Shown here: in pieces, positions 27,571 through 35,225 of the stretch
How positions within the stretch are numbered: the stretch's first letter is position 1
How the letters are laid out: each line of letters opens with the position of its first letter
NCBI GenBank assembly: GCA_021163645.1
Contig: JAGGTN010000029.1
Location: 1 to 44,135, forward strand
Origin: Candidatus Micrarchaeota archaeon
GTDB taxonomy: Archaea; Micrarchaeota; Micrarchaeia; Anstonellales; JAGGTN01
Direction: 5' to 3'
DNA length: 44,135 bases
Made by a program: the position numbers and the translations under genes
The notes under the pieces: generated by a model
What the model was told of the DNA's origin: nothing
What the model saw: only the letters and a program-made list of their open reading frames with translations
Databases searched by the model: none

Positions 27571-27974
27571 TTGAAATCACCATGCAATCCATCAACAACA
27601 AAACAGGTATCATGAACTACCTGAATATCATTATTCTTGCAGAAATCAATAGCTATCCTTGATTCTGAGCCAGGCTGCATCCATACTTTTTTAATATGTA
27701 ATTTCTTGCACTGTCTAACTATCTGTTCTGTGACTGCTGGAGGGACGACTGTTATTACAACATCAGGAGGTTTCGATAATTTCTTAGATAAGGATATCAA
27801 ATCATGATAACAAACATCATTATCTATTTCTTCATATTTAGGATTTATGGGATAAACCTTATAACCTAATGATTTTAATGTTCTATATATTTTTGAACTC
27901 CATTTATCTCTATTGGCCGAAACTCCTACAATTGCAAAGGTGTTCTCTTTATATAGAAAATCATCTATGTTCAT
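27567..27974 (-). CDS. CoA-binding domain protein (YccU/YneT-like)
   Basis: FAIVGVSANRDKWSSKIYRTLKSLGYKVYPINP and VWMQPG match the CoA_binding_2 pattern. Confidence 0.85.
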   Translation of the reverse strand: MNIDDFLYKENTFAIVGVSANRDKWSSKIYRTLKSLGYKVYPINPKYEEIDNDVCYHDLISLSKKLSKPPDVVITVVPPAVTEQIVRQCKKLHIKKVWMQPGSESRIAIDFCKNNDIQVVHDTCFVVDGLHGDFK

Positions 27975-27980
27975 GGTATA

Positions 27981-28187
27981 TCACTTTGAGTCGTCTTTTT
28001 TGTTATCTTTATCATCTATAATTTCAATTATTAATCTAGCTTTTTTTCTCATACCTACCTTTGGAACAAAAGACGCCATTATTTCACCAAACTTATTTCC
28101 TTTATCCCTGAATCCGATATGTTCATATTTTTTCCCGCCAAATTCTTCGATCTCATGGAATAGTTCTCCTTCAATAATTTTTCTCAT
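27981..28187 (-). CDS. Small hypothetical protein
   Basis: 68-aa ORF in tight co-directional spacing with its neighbours. No motif recognised. Confidence 0.35.
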   Translation of the reverse strand: MRKIIEGELFHEIEEFGGKKYEHIGFRDKGNKFGEIMASFVPKVGMRKKARLIIEIIDDKDNKKDDSK

Positions 28188-28196
28188 CTCATCACC

Positions 28197-28525
28197 TTAT
28201 TCAATATAAATTATCTTTTTTTCTTTATCTTCGGATGTTTTAATATCCTTTTGAATCTCATCTATCTTGCTAATAAGCTTCTTTAATGCGTTCTTTATAT
28301 TTATATCTCTTGATATGATTGGGATGAATTGTTTTCTTATGCGTGTAATATTAGGTCCAAATGCAAACCCGATTAAGGCTTGGATATCTCTTAACATATG
28401 CGATACTGATTTGGCTTTCTTAGGATATCCATGAATCTTAAGTATAATTTAGCAGAACCAAAATGTTCTCTTGTAAAATTTATACCATCATCAGTTGCGC
28501 ATGCAATATCTATCACTTTATCCAT
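28197..28525 (-). pseudogene. NifX/NifB-like (Nitro_FeMo-Co family) domain gene split by a frameshift
   Basis: The ATG at 28525 gives MDKVIDIACATDDGINFTREHFGSAKLYLRF..., the family-typical N-terminus, and stops at 28391. A second frame is open from about 28448 and reads ..HGYPKKAKSVSHMLRDIQALIGFAFGPNITRIRKQFIPII.., the family-typical GP-containing C-terminal half. The track shows only the latter, as ORF 28197..28397. Confidence 0.5.
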
Positions 28526-28609
28526 GTATTCACCATTATTTACCAAATAAATCATTATATAAGCGACGTATCAACATAATGTTGGAATCAAAAATGTGTC
28601 AAAAACGAG

Positions 28610-28912
28610 TTAGAATTTCCAACCTTTCTGAGCCATCCGCATAAAAGTTTCCTTTTCTTCATTGTTCATCTCAACAACCTCAACATCGACTCTATTTTCT
28701 ATTTCATTTTTAGCTATTGATTCTTTTATGATATTGATCAAATCTTCTCTAATTGGAATGTATAGATAAGGAACGGCTAATGTAATCTGTACATCAGAAT
28801 TATTCAATCTAATATCCCTTATCATACCTAACTCTAATAGATTATAATTTATTTCAGGATGATTTGCTTTTGATAACGCTTCTTTGATATCCTCTATGGT
28901 TAATTCTTTCAT
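28610..28912 (-). CDS. DUF59/MIP18-family Fe-S assembly protein
   Basis: IKEALSKANHPEINYNLLELGMIRDI and the 100-aa size are typical of DUF59 proteins. It lies directly downstream of the Mrp-like ATPase. Confidence 0.8.
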   Translation of the reverse strand: MKELTIEDIKEALSKANHPEINYNLLELGMIRDIRLNNSDVQITLAVPYLYIPIREDLINIIKESIAKNEIENRVDVEVVEMNNEEKETFMRMAQKGWKF

Positions 28913-28921
28913 TTATCCACC

Positions 28922-29656
28922 TCATGATTTTTTTGTATTTTTAGTAGATATTTTATTGAATATATTTTCTGCGATATGATTAAATTCATCAATTAATTCT
29001 TTATCATCGTAATCGTAGATTGACCTTCCTTCTTCACCAGATATCACAATATTCTTGTTCAATCTTATTGTTCCAAGAAACTTAAGGCCTTCATCCTTAC
29101 ATATCTTTTTGACTGTCCCCTCTCCAAACATCCCACCGGACATGTTTTCTATCAGACCGATGATTTTGATGTTCATCTTCTTACAGAAATCAACTGCTCT
29201 TCTCATGTCCAATAAAGATACTTGTTGTGGTGTTGATACAATGACCGCTCCTGTAATCTCTTTTAGCAGTTGAGCAACACTTATAAGTTCATCACCTGTC
29301 CCTGCTGGGAAATCCACGACCAAATAATCTAGATCGCCCCATTCTGTATCGTTGATCAACTGATTTAATGCTTTATGTTTTAAAGGGCCTCGCCATATGA
29401 TCGCAGAATGAGTGTCGATTAATCCACCAATAGAACTAACTTTAAGCGAAGGTGTTATTTGAATGGGAACTATTTTATTATCATGAACTTTCATTTTCTG
29501 CTTGTCAGATCCTATTATCTTTAGTACGTTAGGGCCATGAATATCTGCATCTAATAGCCCTACAGTACCTTTTTTTGATAAGAAATAAGATAGATTAACC
29601 GCAACAGTAGTCTTACCAACACCACCTTTCCCACTCATTACTAATATTATCTTCAT
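28922..29656 (-). CDS. Mrp/NBP35/ApbC-family P-loop ATPase lacking the usual CxxC
   Basis: Deviant Walker A SGKGGVGKTTVAVNLS, then LLDADIHGPN and VVDFPAGTGD. After ENMS the sequence reads GGMFGEG where ApbC/Nbp35 proteins normally carry C-P-x-C. Confidence 0.85.
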   Translation of the reverse strand: MKIILVMSGKGGVGKTTVAVNLSYFLSKKGTVGLLDADIHGPNVLKIIGSDKQKMKVHDNKIVPIQITPSLKVSSIGGLIDTHSAIIWRGPLKHKALNQLINDTEWGDLDYLVVDFPAGTGDELISVAQLLKEITGAVIVSTPQQVSLLDMRRAVDFCKKMNIKIIGLIENMSGGMFGEGTVKKICKDEGLKFLGTIRLNKNIVISGEEGRSIYDYDDKELIDEFNHIAENIFNKISTKNTKKS

Positions 29657-29691
29657 GTATCAACCACTTTCCTTATAAGATATGTAATCCT

Positions 29692-30915
29692 CTAATCTAA
29701 ATTGCCCCGCGATTTCTCAGCTTTTAATATTCTTTCCATAGCGATCATATACGCAGCCATTCTTAAAGAAACATTCCTTTCTTTATAAAGGTTATAGGTT
29801 TTATTAAATGATCGTTCCAATTTTTCTTTAAGTATATTCTCCATGTATTCTTTAGAGAAAATCTGGCCTGTCCTGTTCTGTACCCATTCACAATAACTAA
29901 CGATTACACCTCCTGAATTGGCTAAGATATCTGGGATAACTTTGATATTTTTGTTGTTCAATATTTCATCAGCTTCGTAAGTTATTGGGCCATTAGCCAA
30001 TTCAAGGATATATTTCGCCTTTATATTATCAGCGTTTTCTTTTGTTATCTGATTTTCAAGAGCTGCAAGAACTAAAACATCAGTATCCAATTCCAACAGT
30101 TCTTTATTGGTGACTCTCTTACCTTTACTATACTGTGTTACTGATTTCTTTTCCTCTTTTATTTTTATAACTTCTTTGATATCTAGACCATCTAGGTTCA
30201 TTATACCGCCTTTACTATCACTGACAGCGATTATCTTATATCCATCTTCGAACAACATTTTTGCAATATTCATTCCTGCATTACCGAAACCTTGGATAAC
30301 CACTCTCGTTCCCTCTCTTTTTTCATCTATCTTATCCAAGAAGAAGTTTAATATGATTTTTCCACCTTTTGAGGTAGCATATCCACGGATTTCACATCCT
30401 CCAAGTTCAACCGGTTTTCCAGTAATCATGCCTGGCTCGTGTCTTCCCTTTATCCTTTCATACTCATCTAGCATCCAAGCCATGACTTGTGGATTAGTAT
30501 ATACATCTGGTGCTGGGATGTCTTTATCCTGCCCGATATATCTATGAAATGCTCTTACATAAGCTCTACTGACTTCTTCAATTTCTTCTTTGCTTAAATC
30601 CTTCGGATTTACTTTTACTCCTCCTTTTGCTCCACCATAAGGTATGCCTGCAAGAGAATTTTTGAGGCTCATCCAGAAGGATAATGATTTGACTTCATCT
30701 TCAGATACATTAGGATGAAAACGTATCCCTCCTTTACCTGGACCTAGAGCATCGTTATGAATGATCCTCCATGCATCATAACCTTTTCCATTAACATTTA
30801 GTCTCGCTTTATGGATTATTTTATGATTCAATAGTAATTCTTTCTCTCCATCACTTAGATTCATATATTTAGATGCTTTTTCCAGATTCTGTTTTGCATT
30901 TTCAAATACTGACAT
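29692..30915 (-). CDS. gdhA: Glutamate dehydrogenase
   Basis: GPGKGGIRFHP (catalytic Lys region), GGAKGG, dinucleotide fold VIQGFGNAG. AGGAGGTGA lies upstream of the ATG. Confidence 0.95.
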   Translation of the reverse strand: MSVFENAKQNLEKASKYMNLSDGEKELLLNHKIIHKARLNVNGKGYDAWRIIHNDALGPGKGGIRFHPNVSEDEVKSLSFWMSLKNSLAGIPYGGAKGGVKVNPKDLSKEEIEEVSRAYVRAFHRYIGQDKDIPAPDVYTNPQVMAWMLDEYERIKGRHEPGMITGKPVELGGCEIRGYATSKGGKIILNFFLDKIDEKREGTRVVIQGFGNAGMNIAKMLFEDGYKIIAVSDSKGGIMNLDGLDIKEVIKIKEEKKSVTQYSKGKRVTNKELLELDTDVLVLAALENQITKENADNIKAKYILELANGPITYEADEILNNKNIKVIPDILANSGGVIVSYCEWVQNRTGQIFSKEYMENILKEKLERSFNKTYNLYKERNVSLRMAAYMIAMERILKAEKSRGNLD

Positions 30916-30941
30916 CTTATCACCTCCTTTTTTTTAATTAA

Positions 30942-30993
30942 GTATAAATCCTATATATCCAGACAGTAAAATGCTCATAAAAATTCGCATTTT
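30942..30993 (-). promoter_or_regulatory. 52-nt conserved terminator/promoter-like cassette, copy 2 (between the trxB stop and the gdhA start)
   Basis: gtataaatcctatatatccagacagtaaaatgctcataaaaattcgcatttt has 2 mismatches to 20551-20602. Confidence 0.6.
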
Positions 30994-31038
30994 CCTGTCA
31001 TTTACGATTTCTCCTCTAACAACCATTAAATATTTAAA

Positions 31039-31965
31039 TCATGGATTATCTGATTTTATTTCATGATATGCAGATGCTGCTGCGATTGCTCCTTCCGCTG
31101 CTGCGGTTATTGCCTGTTTCAATGGATTATTTGTAATATCTCCTGCAGCAAAAACACCTCGTACTGATGTTTTCTGTGACTTATCAACCACTATATAATC
31201 ATTATCTAGATTTATGTTGATCTGGTTAGCGAGTTTATTATCCGGTACTGATCCAATCTCAATAAAAACCCCATCAACTTTAATCGTTCTACCTGTATCC
31301 AGGACGATTTCTTCTACACTATTCTTGCCTTTAATCTCAGTGATGTTTGAGCTGAAAACTCTCTCTATTTTATCATTACTTTCAACCTGCTTAACCCATG
31401 CCGGTTCTGCTTTGGAGAATTTAATACCTCTGTATATTATATATACCTTTTTGGCATATTCTGATAATAATAATGCAGCTGTTAATGCGGAGTTGCTCCC
31501 CCCTACTACTGCAACGATACTATCCTTAAAGAACGAAGCATCGCATGTTGCGCAGTAACTAACCCCTTTACCTACCAGTTCCTTTTCACCTGGCACGTTA
31601 AGTTTTTTCTTCTTTCTTCCTATAGCTAATATGATTTTCTTTGCCTTATAAATATCGTTATTTGTTATTACTGAAAAATTATTGTCTGTACCTTTTATCT
31701 CTTCAACAGTTTCGTGTGTAATATCAACTCCCAGATTTCTTACCTGTTCAATTAATCGTTTTGCTAATTCTATACCAGTAATTGATTTATACGTAGGGAA
31801 ATTGTGAATTTCATGTGCTTCTGAAATCATTCCGCCATCAAGTTCGCCTATTACCAATGTTTTTAAGAGGTATCTGCCTGCATATACTGCTGCTGTTAAC
31901 CCTGCTGGACCTGCCCCAACTATAATTAAATCATAATTTTTCTCCCCTATCTTTTCTTTGTTCAT
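31039..31965 (-). CDS. trxB: Thioredoxin reductase
   Basis: FAD fold DLIIVGAGPAGLTAA, redox-active CATC, second dinucleotide fold VVGGSNSALTAA, C-terminal GVFAAGD. Confidence 0.9.
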   Translation of the reverse strand: MNKEKIGEKNYDLIIVGAGPAGLTAAVYAGRYLLKTLVIGELDGGMISEAHEIHNFPTYKSITGIELAKRLIEQVRNLGVDITHETVEEIKGTDNNFSVITNNDIYKAKKIILAIGRKKKKLNVPGEKELVGKGVSYCATCDASFFKDSIVAVVGGSNSALTAALLLSEYAKKVYIIYRGIKFSKAEPAWVKQVESNDKIERVFSSNITEIKGKNSVEEIVLDTGRTIKVDGVFIEIGSVPDNKLANQININLDNDYIVVDKSQKTSVRGVFAAGDITNNPLKQAITAAAEGAIAAASAYHEIKSDNP

Positions 31966-31989
31966 GTCATCACCCTTTATATTTGAATA

Positions 31990-32403
31990 TTAATCAATAT
32001 TTTTCGTGATCCATGCCCTGACCTGTGGTTCAGGAATAGCTCCTATGAAAGCATCAGCAAGTTTTCCATCTTTGAACAGCTTAACGCTCGGTATGCTTCT
32101 GATTTGATACTTTTGACTCACAAAAGGATTTTCATCAACATTTAATTTTGCCAATATGAATTTACCTTTATACTCTTCAGCAAGTTTCTCCAATATTGGT
32201 CCCAGCATAAGACATGGAGTGCACCAAGGTGCCCATAGGTCTACAACAACTGGAACCTGTTTTGATTTTTCTATTACTTCTTTTTCAAAATTACTATCAT
32301 TTACATCGATTTTCGTTTCCATTTTATCACCTTCTTTTGTTTTTCTAATCCTATTGAGAAATTCCTTTCTCTTTTTCTCTCTTATTTTTTCAAGCTCATC
32401 CAT
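31990..32403 (-). CDS. trxA: Thioredoxin with a charged N-terminal extension and a WCTPC active site
   Basis: DLWAPWCTPC (the canonical motif is WCGPC), then VDENP and IRSIPSVKLF. It lies 24 nt upstream of trxB on the same strand. Confidence 0.85.
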   Translation of the reverse strand: MDELEKIREKKRKEFLNRIRKTKEGDKMETKIDVNDSNFEKEVIEKSKQVPVVVDLWAPWCTPCLMLGPILEKLAEEYKGKFILAKLNVDENPFVSQKYQIRSIPSVKLFKDGKLADAFIGAIPEPQVRAWITKNID

Positions 32404-32566
32404 ATAACCGCCTATTATATTAGTTATCTAATCAGATATCAAAGCCATCAAAACACAAAGAGATGGTTATTTATTGGTAGTGATTATTTTAATCACAAAC
32501 ATTTAAATAGTTAATTAAGGAGTGAATAAATCCGCATGTAAAAATCACATTTAGCATAAATATTTT

Positions 32567-34342
32567 TCAAGCTGTCCTCTTAAACTTCTTTTCCATCTCG
32601 CCCCAACCTATTCTTATTATAGTTGGTCTTCCATGCGGACATGTAAATGGGTTATCACATTTTGAAAGGTCATTTAACAAATCTCTCATTTCAGTTATGG
32701 TCATTTCATGACCTGCCTTGATAGAAGCTCTACAAGATTTGGTGGCTATGCGATTATCCAATATCTCTTCAATTAATTTGATACTATTATCCCTTTTCTC
32801 ATCATAAAAAGAGATGATTTCATCAAGAACATCTTTAAAGAGCTTGATAGGAAGAGCATTATTGAATATGACGGGTATTGTATTGATTCTGTATGCATTA
32901 GGACCGTATTCTTCAATATCATACCCATACCGTTTCAATAATCTGATATGTTTTATTATTGCTAGTTGTTCTGTTTTGTTTGCCTCGAATATGACTGGTG
33001 ATAATAATTTTTGAGTTGATAAGGCATTATTCTTCAACTGTTTCATGAACCTCTCGTAATTAACCCTTTCCTGACTGGCATGCTGGTCTATGATGAAAAG
33101 TCCGTCAATATTCTCAGCTAGGATGTATGTTTTATTAACCTGTCCGATTATTTTTAACTCTGGGATTTGATGTTTGATATGGCTAAAAGGACCAGGTGAA
33201 TGAGAATGATTAGAATAAGATGGTTTTATCATCTGTTTTTCCGAATGAGTAATTGGAGTCAATGGTAATATTTTCTGGTTTGTTTTATCTGGCTTGTATG
33301 CTTTTTGCGGTTTTGATAGACTGTCTTCAGCATCGACGGTCACTGTCAGGTCATTCTTGCTCAATGAACTGTTTACTGATTGTTCTATCATACCTATTAG
33401 TTCGTTTTCATTCTTGAATTTAATCTTTCTCTTGGATGGATGGATGTTTACATCAATATCCTCTGGTGGTAAGTATAGTTTTAATATGATCACTGGATGC
33501 CTATTGAGGAATAATTTATTCTTATACCCTTTATAGACAGCATCGATAACTTCTTTTGATATTACGTATCTATCATTAACGAAAATAACTTGATAATTTT
33601 TTGTTTTCTTTGTATAACCAATTTTGGATATATATCCATTAATTTTCACATTACCAAAATGTGCATCAATAGGAATAAGATTCTCTGTAATCTCCCTACC
33701 AAATACATAGTATATCTTATCAAGTAAGTTGTTTGATTTAGGTGAATTAAAAACCTCTTTTCCATCTCTGTATAGATGAAATGATATGTTAGGGTTTGCC
33801 AATGAATAATTCCTTATCAAATGGATGATATGAGAAAATTCAACTTCCTCAGATTTCATAAATTTCAATCTAGCCGGGAACCTGGAGAATATATTCCTGA
33901 CAGTGATAACTGTTCCATCATTTATAGATACATTAACATCATTTTTGGGATTACCATTTTCATCATACTCCACTCTAACTCCAGTACTATTCCCAGATGT
34001 TTTTGATGCAACCGTAATATCTGCAATAGCCGATATACTAGCCAATGCCTCACCTCTAAATCCTAGTGATGTTATGTTAAAAAGGTCATCAATTGATTTT
34101 ATCTTGCTTGTTGAGTGTCGTTTCACGCATACCATTAAGTCATCATGGTTCATTCCTTTACCATTATCGATAACTTTTATCAATCGTTTACCACCATGCT
34201 CAACAAAAACCTTAATATCATCGGCGTTTGCATCAATTGAATTTTCAATGAGTTCTTTGACCACAGAAACTGGTCGTTCTATTACTTCTCCAGCAGCTAT
34301 CTTTTCAACCAGTTCTTTTGGAAGATGAATGATATTTCCCAA
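32567..34342 (-). CDS. mutL: DNA mismatch repair protein MutL (endonuclease-type)
   Basis: GHKL N-terminus IAAGEVIERPVSVVKELIENSIDA and DNGKGM. C-terminal endonuclease motif DQHASQERVNYE (DQHAxxExxxxE) and FTCPHGRP. TTG start 5 nt after GGTGA. Confidence 0.93.
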   Translation of the reverse strand: MGNIIHLPKELVEKIAAGEVIERPVSVVKELIENSIDANADDIKVFVEHGGKRLIKVIDNGKGMNHDDLMVCVKRHSTSKIKSIDDLFNITSLGFRGEALASISAIADITVASKTSGNSTGVRVEYDENGNPKNDVNVSINDGTVITVRNIFSRFPARLKFMKSEEVEFSHIIHLIRNYSLANPNISFHLYRDGKEVFNSPKSNNLLDKIYYVFGREITENLIPIDAHFGNVKINGYISKIGYTKKTKNYQVIFVNDRYVISKEVIDAVYKGYKNKLFLNRHPVIILKLYLPPEDIDVNIHPSKRKIKFKNENELIGMIEQSVNSSLSKNDLTVTVDAEDSLSKPQKAYKPDKTNQKILPLTPITHSEKQMIKPSYSNHSHSPGPFSHIKHQIPELKIIGQVNKTYILAENIDGLFIIDQHASQERVNYERFMKQLKNNALSTQKLLSPVIFEANKTEQLAIIKHIRLLKRYGYDIEEYGPNAYRINTIPVIFNNALPIKLFKDVLDEIISFYDEKRDNSIKLIEEILDNRIATKSCRASIKAGHEMTITEMRDLLNDLSKCDNPFTCPHGRPTIIRIGWGEMEKKFKRTA

Positions 34343-34388
34343 ATAATCACCCTTAACTTATATCTATTTCTCTCAATTACTCGATTTA

Positions 34389-35036
34389 TTACTTTCCAGT
34401 TAATGATTCTACTAAACCATCTACGAGTTTGAGCTGGTTCTGCATTAATTTCTCTTCGAGAATATCGCAATTGACTCCTATACTTTCTAATTTTTCTTTC
34501 ATTCTTTTTCTTATCCCACACATAAGCAATACACTCTTCATACCGGATGTGGAACCGATGAATAATAGATAGAATTTAGATAATTGATTGTAATCAAGTT
34601 CCCCTAAATCACGAATGATGGATTGGGTTGATTGTAGAAGTTTATCAGGTATATAATTATCCGATGGATTGTTTGGTAATCTATGTATTAGATATTCCAT
34701 TTCTTTCTGGGTGGCTAGTTTTAGTTTAAGCATTAATCCTGCGAAATACTTAATATGATTATCTTTTATGAAGTTTAGGTTTATTTCTTTACATTGTTTC
34801 ATAATATTGTTTGCATCTTGTTCTATTCGGTTTAATTCACTGTTTGATAAATGAGCATTGTATGATGATATGCTTGATTCATCAGAGAATATGAACACAG
34901 AATTCAAATCAATGTTAGTATCCATCGATTCGCTACGAATAAATACATCAATCTTTTCGATCAACGGAGAAATGTTTGTGAAAGATACCAATTCTGTTAC
35001 AGTTTTATGCAATTGTTCTTTTTTTTGTAATACCAT
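34389..35036 (-). CDS. Hypothetical protein (orphan), last gene of the giant-protein cluster
   Basis: The ATG at 35036 is preceded by GAGGTGA; the track start is 35054. 215 aa with no recognised motif. Confidence 0.55.
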   Translation of the reverse strand: MVLQKKEQLHKTVTELVSFTNISPLIEKIDVFIRSESMDTNIDLNSVFIFSDESSISSYNAHLSNSELNRIEQDANNIMKQCKEINLNFIKDNHIKYFAGLMLKLKLATQKEMEYLIHRLPNNPSDNYIPDKLLQSTQSIIRDLGELDYNQLSKFYLLFIGSTSGMKSVLLMCGIRKRMKEKLESIGVNCDILEEKLMQNQLKLVDGLVESLTGK

Positions 35037-35096
35037 AATTATCACCTCAACCATCTAGTTATTATCCAACTATAACCAAATCCATTTATAATATAA

Positions 35097-35200
35097 TCCA
35101 TCCCAGCCAAACCAACCCCAAACCAAATAATCCCAACCAACCAAAAAACAGCCCCAAGCCAATCAAGTCCAAGCCAATCCAAGACAAACAAATCAAACCC
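35097..35200 (-). repeat. G+T low-complexity intergenic tract (G+T on the minus, gene-sense strand)
   Basis: The plus strand is nearly pure C+A (ccaaaccaaccccaaaccaaataatcccaaccaaccaaaaaac...). The reverse complement shares ggcttgga, ttttttggtt and tttggggttgg motifs with 12788-12940. Confidence 0.85.
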
Positions 35201-35225
35201 TATTTGATTATTCTAATTATCTTTA

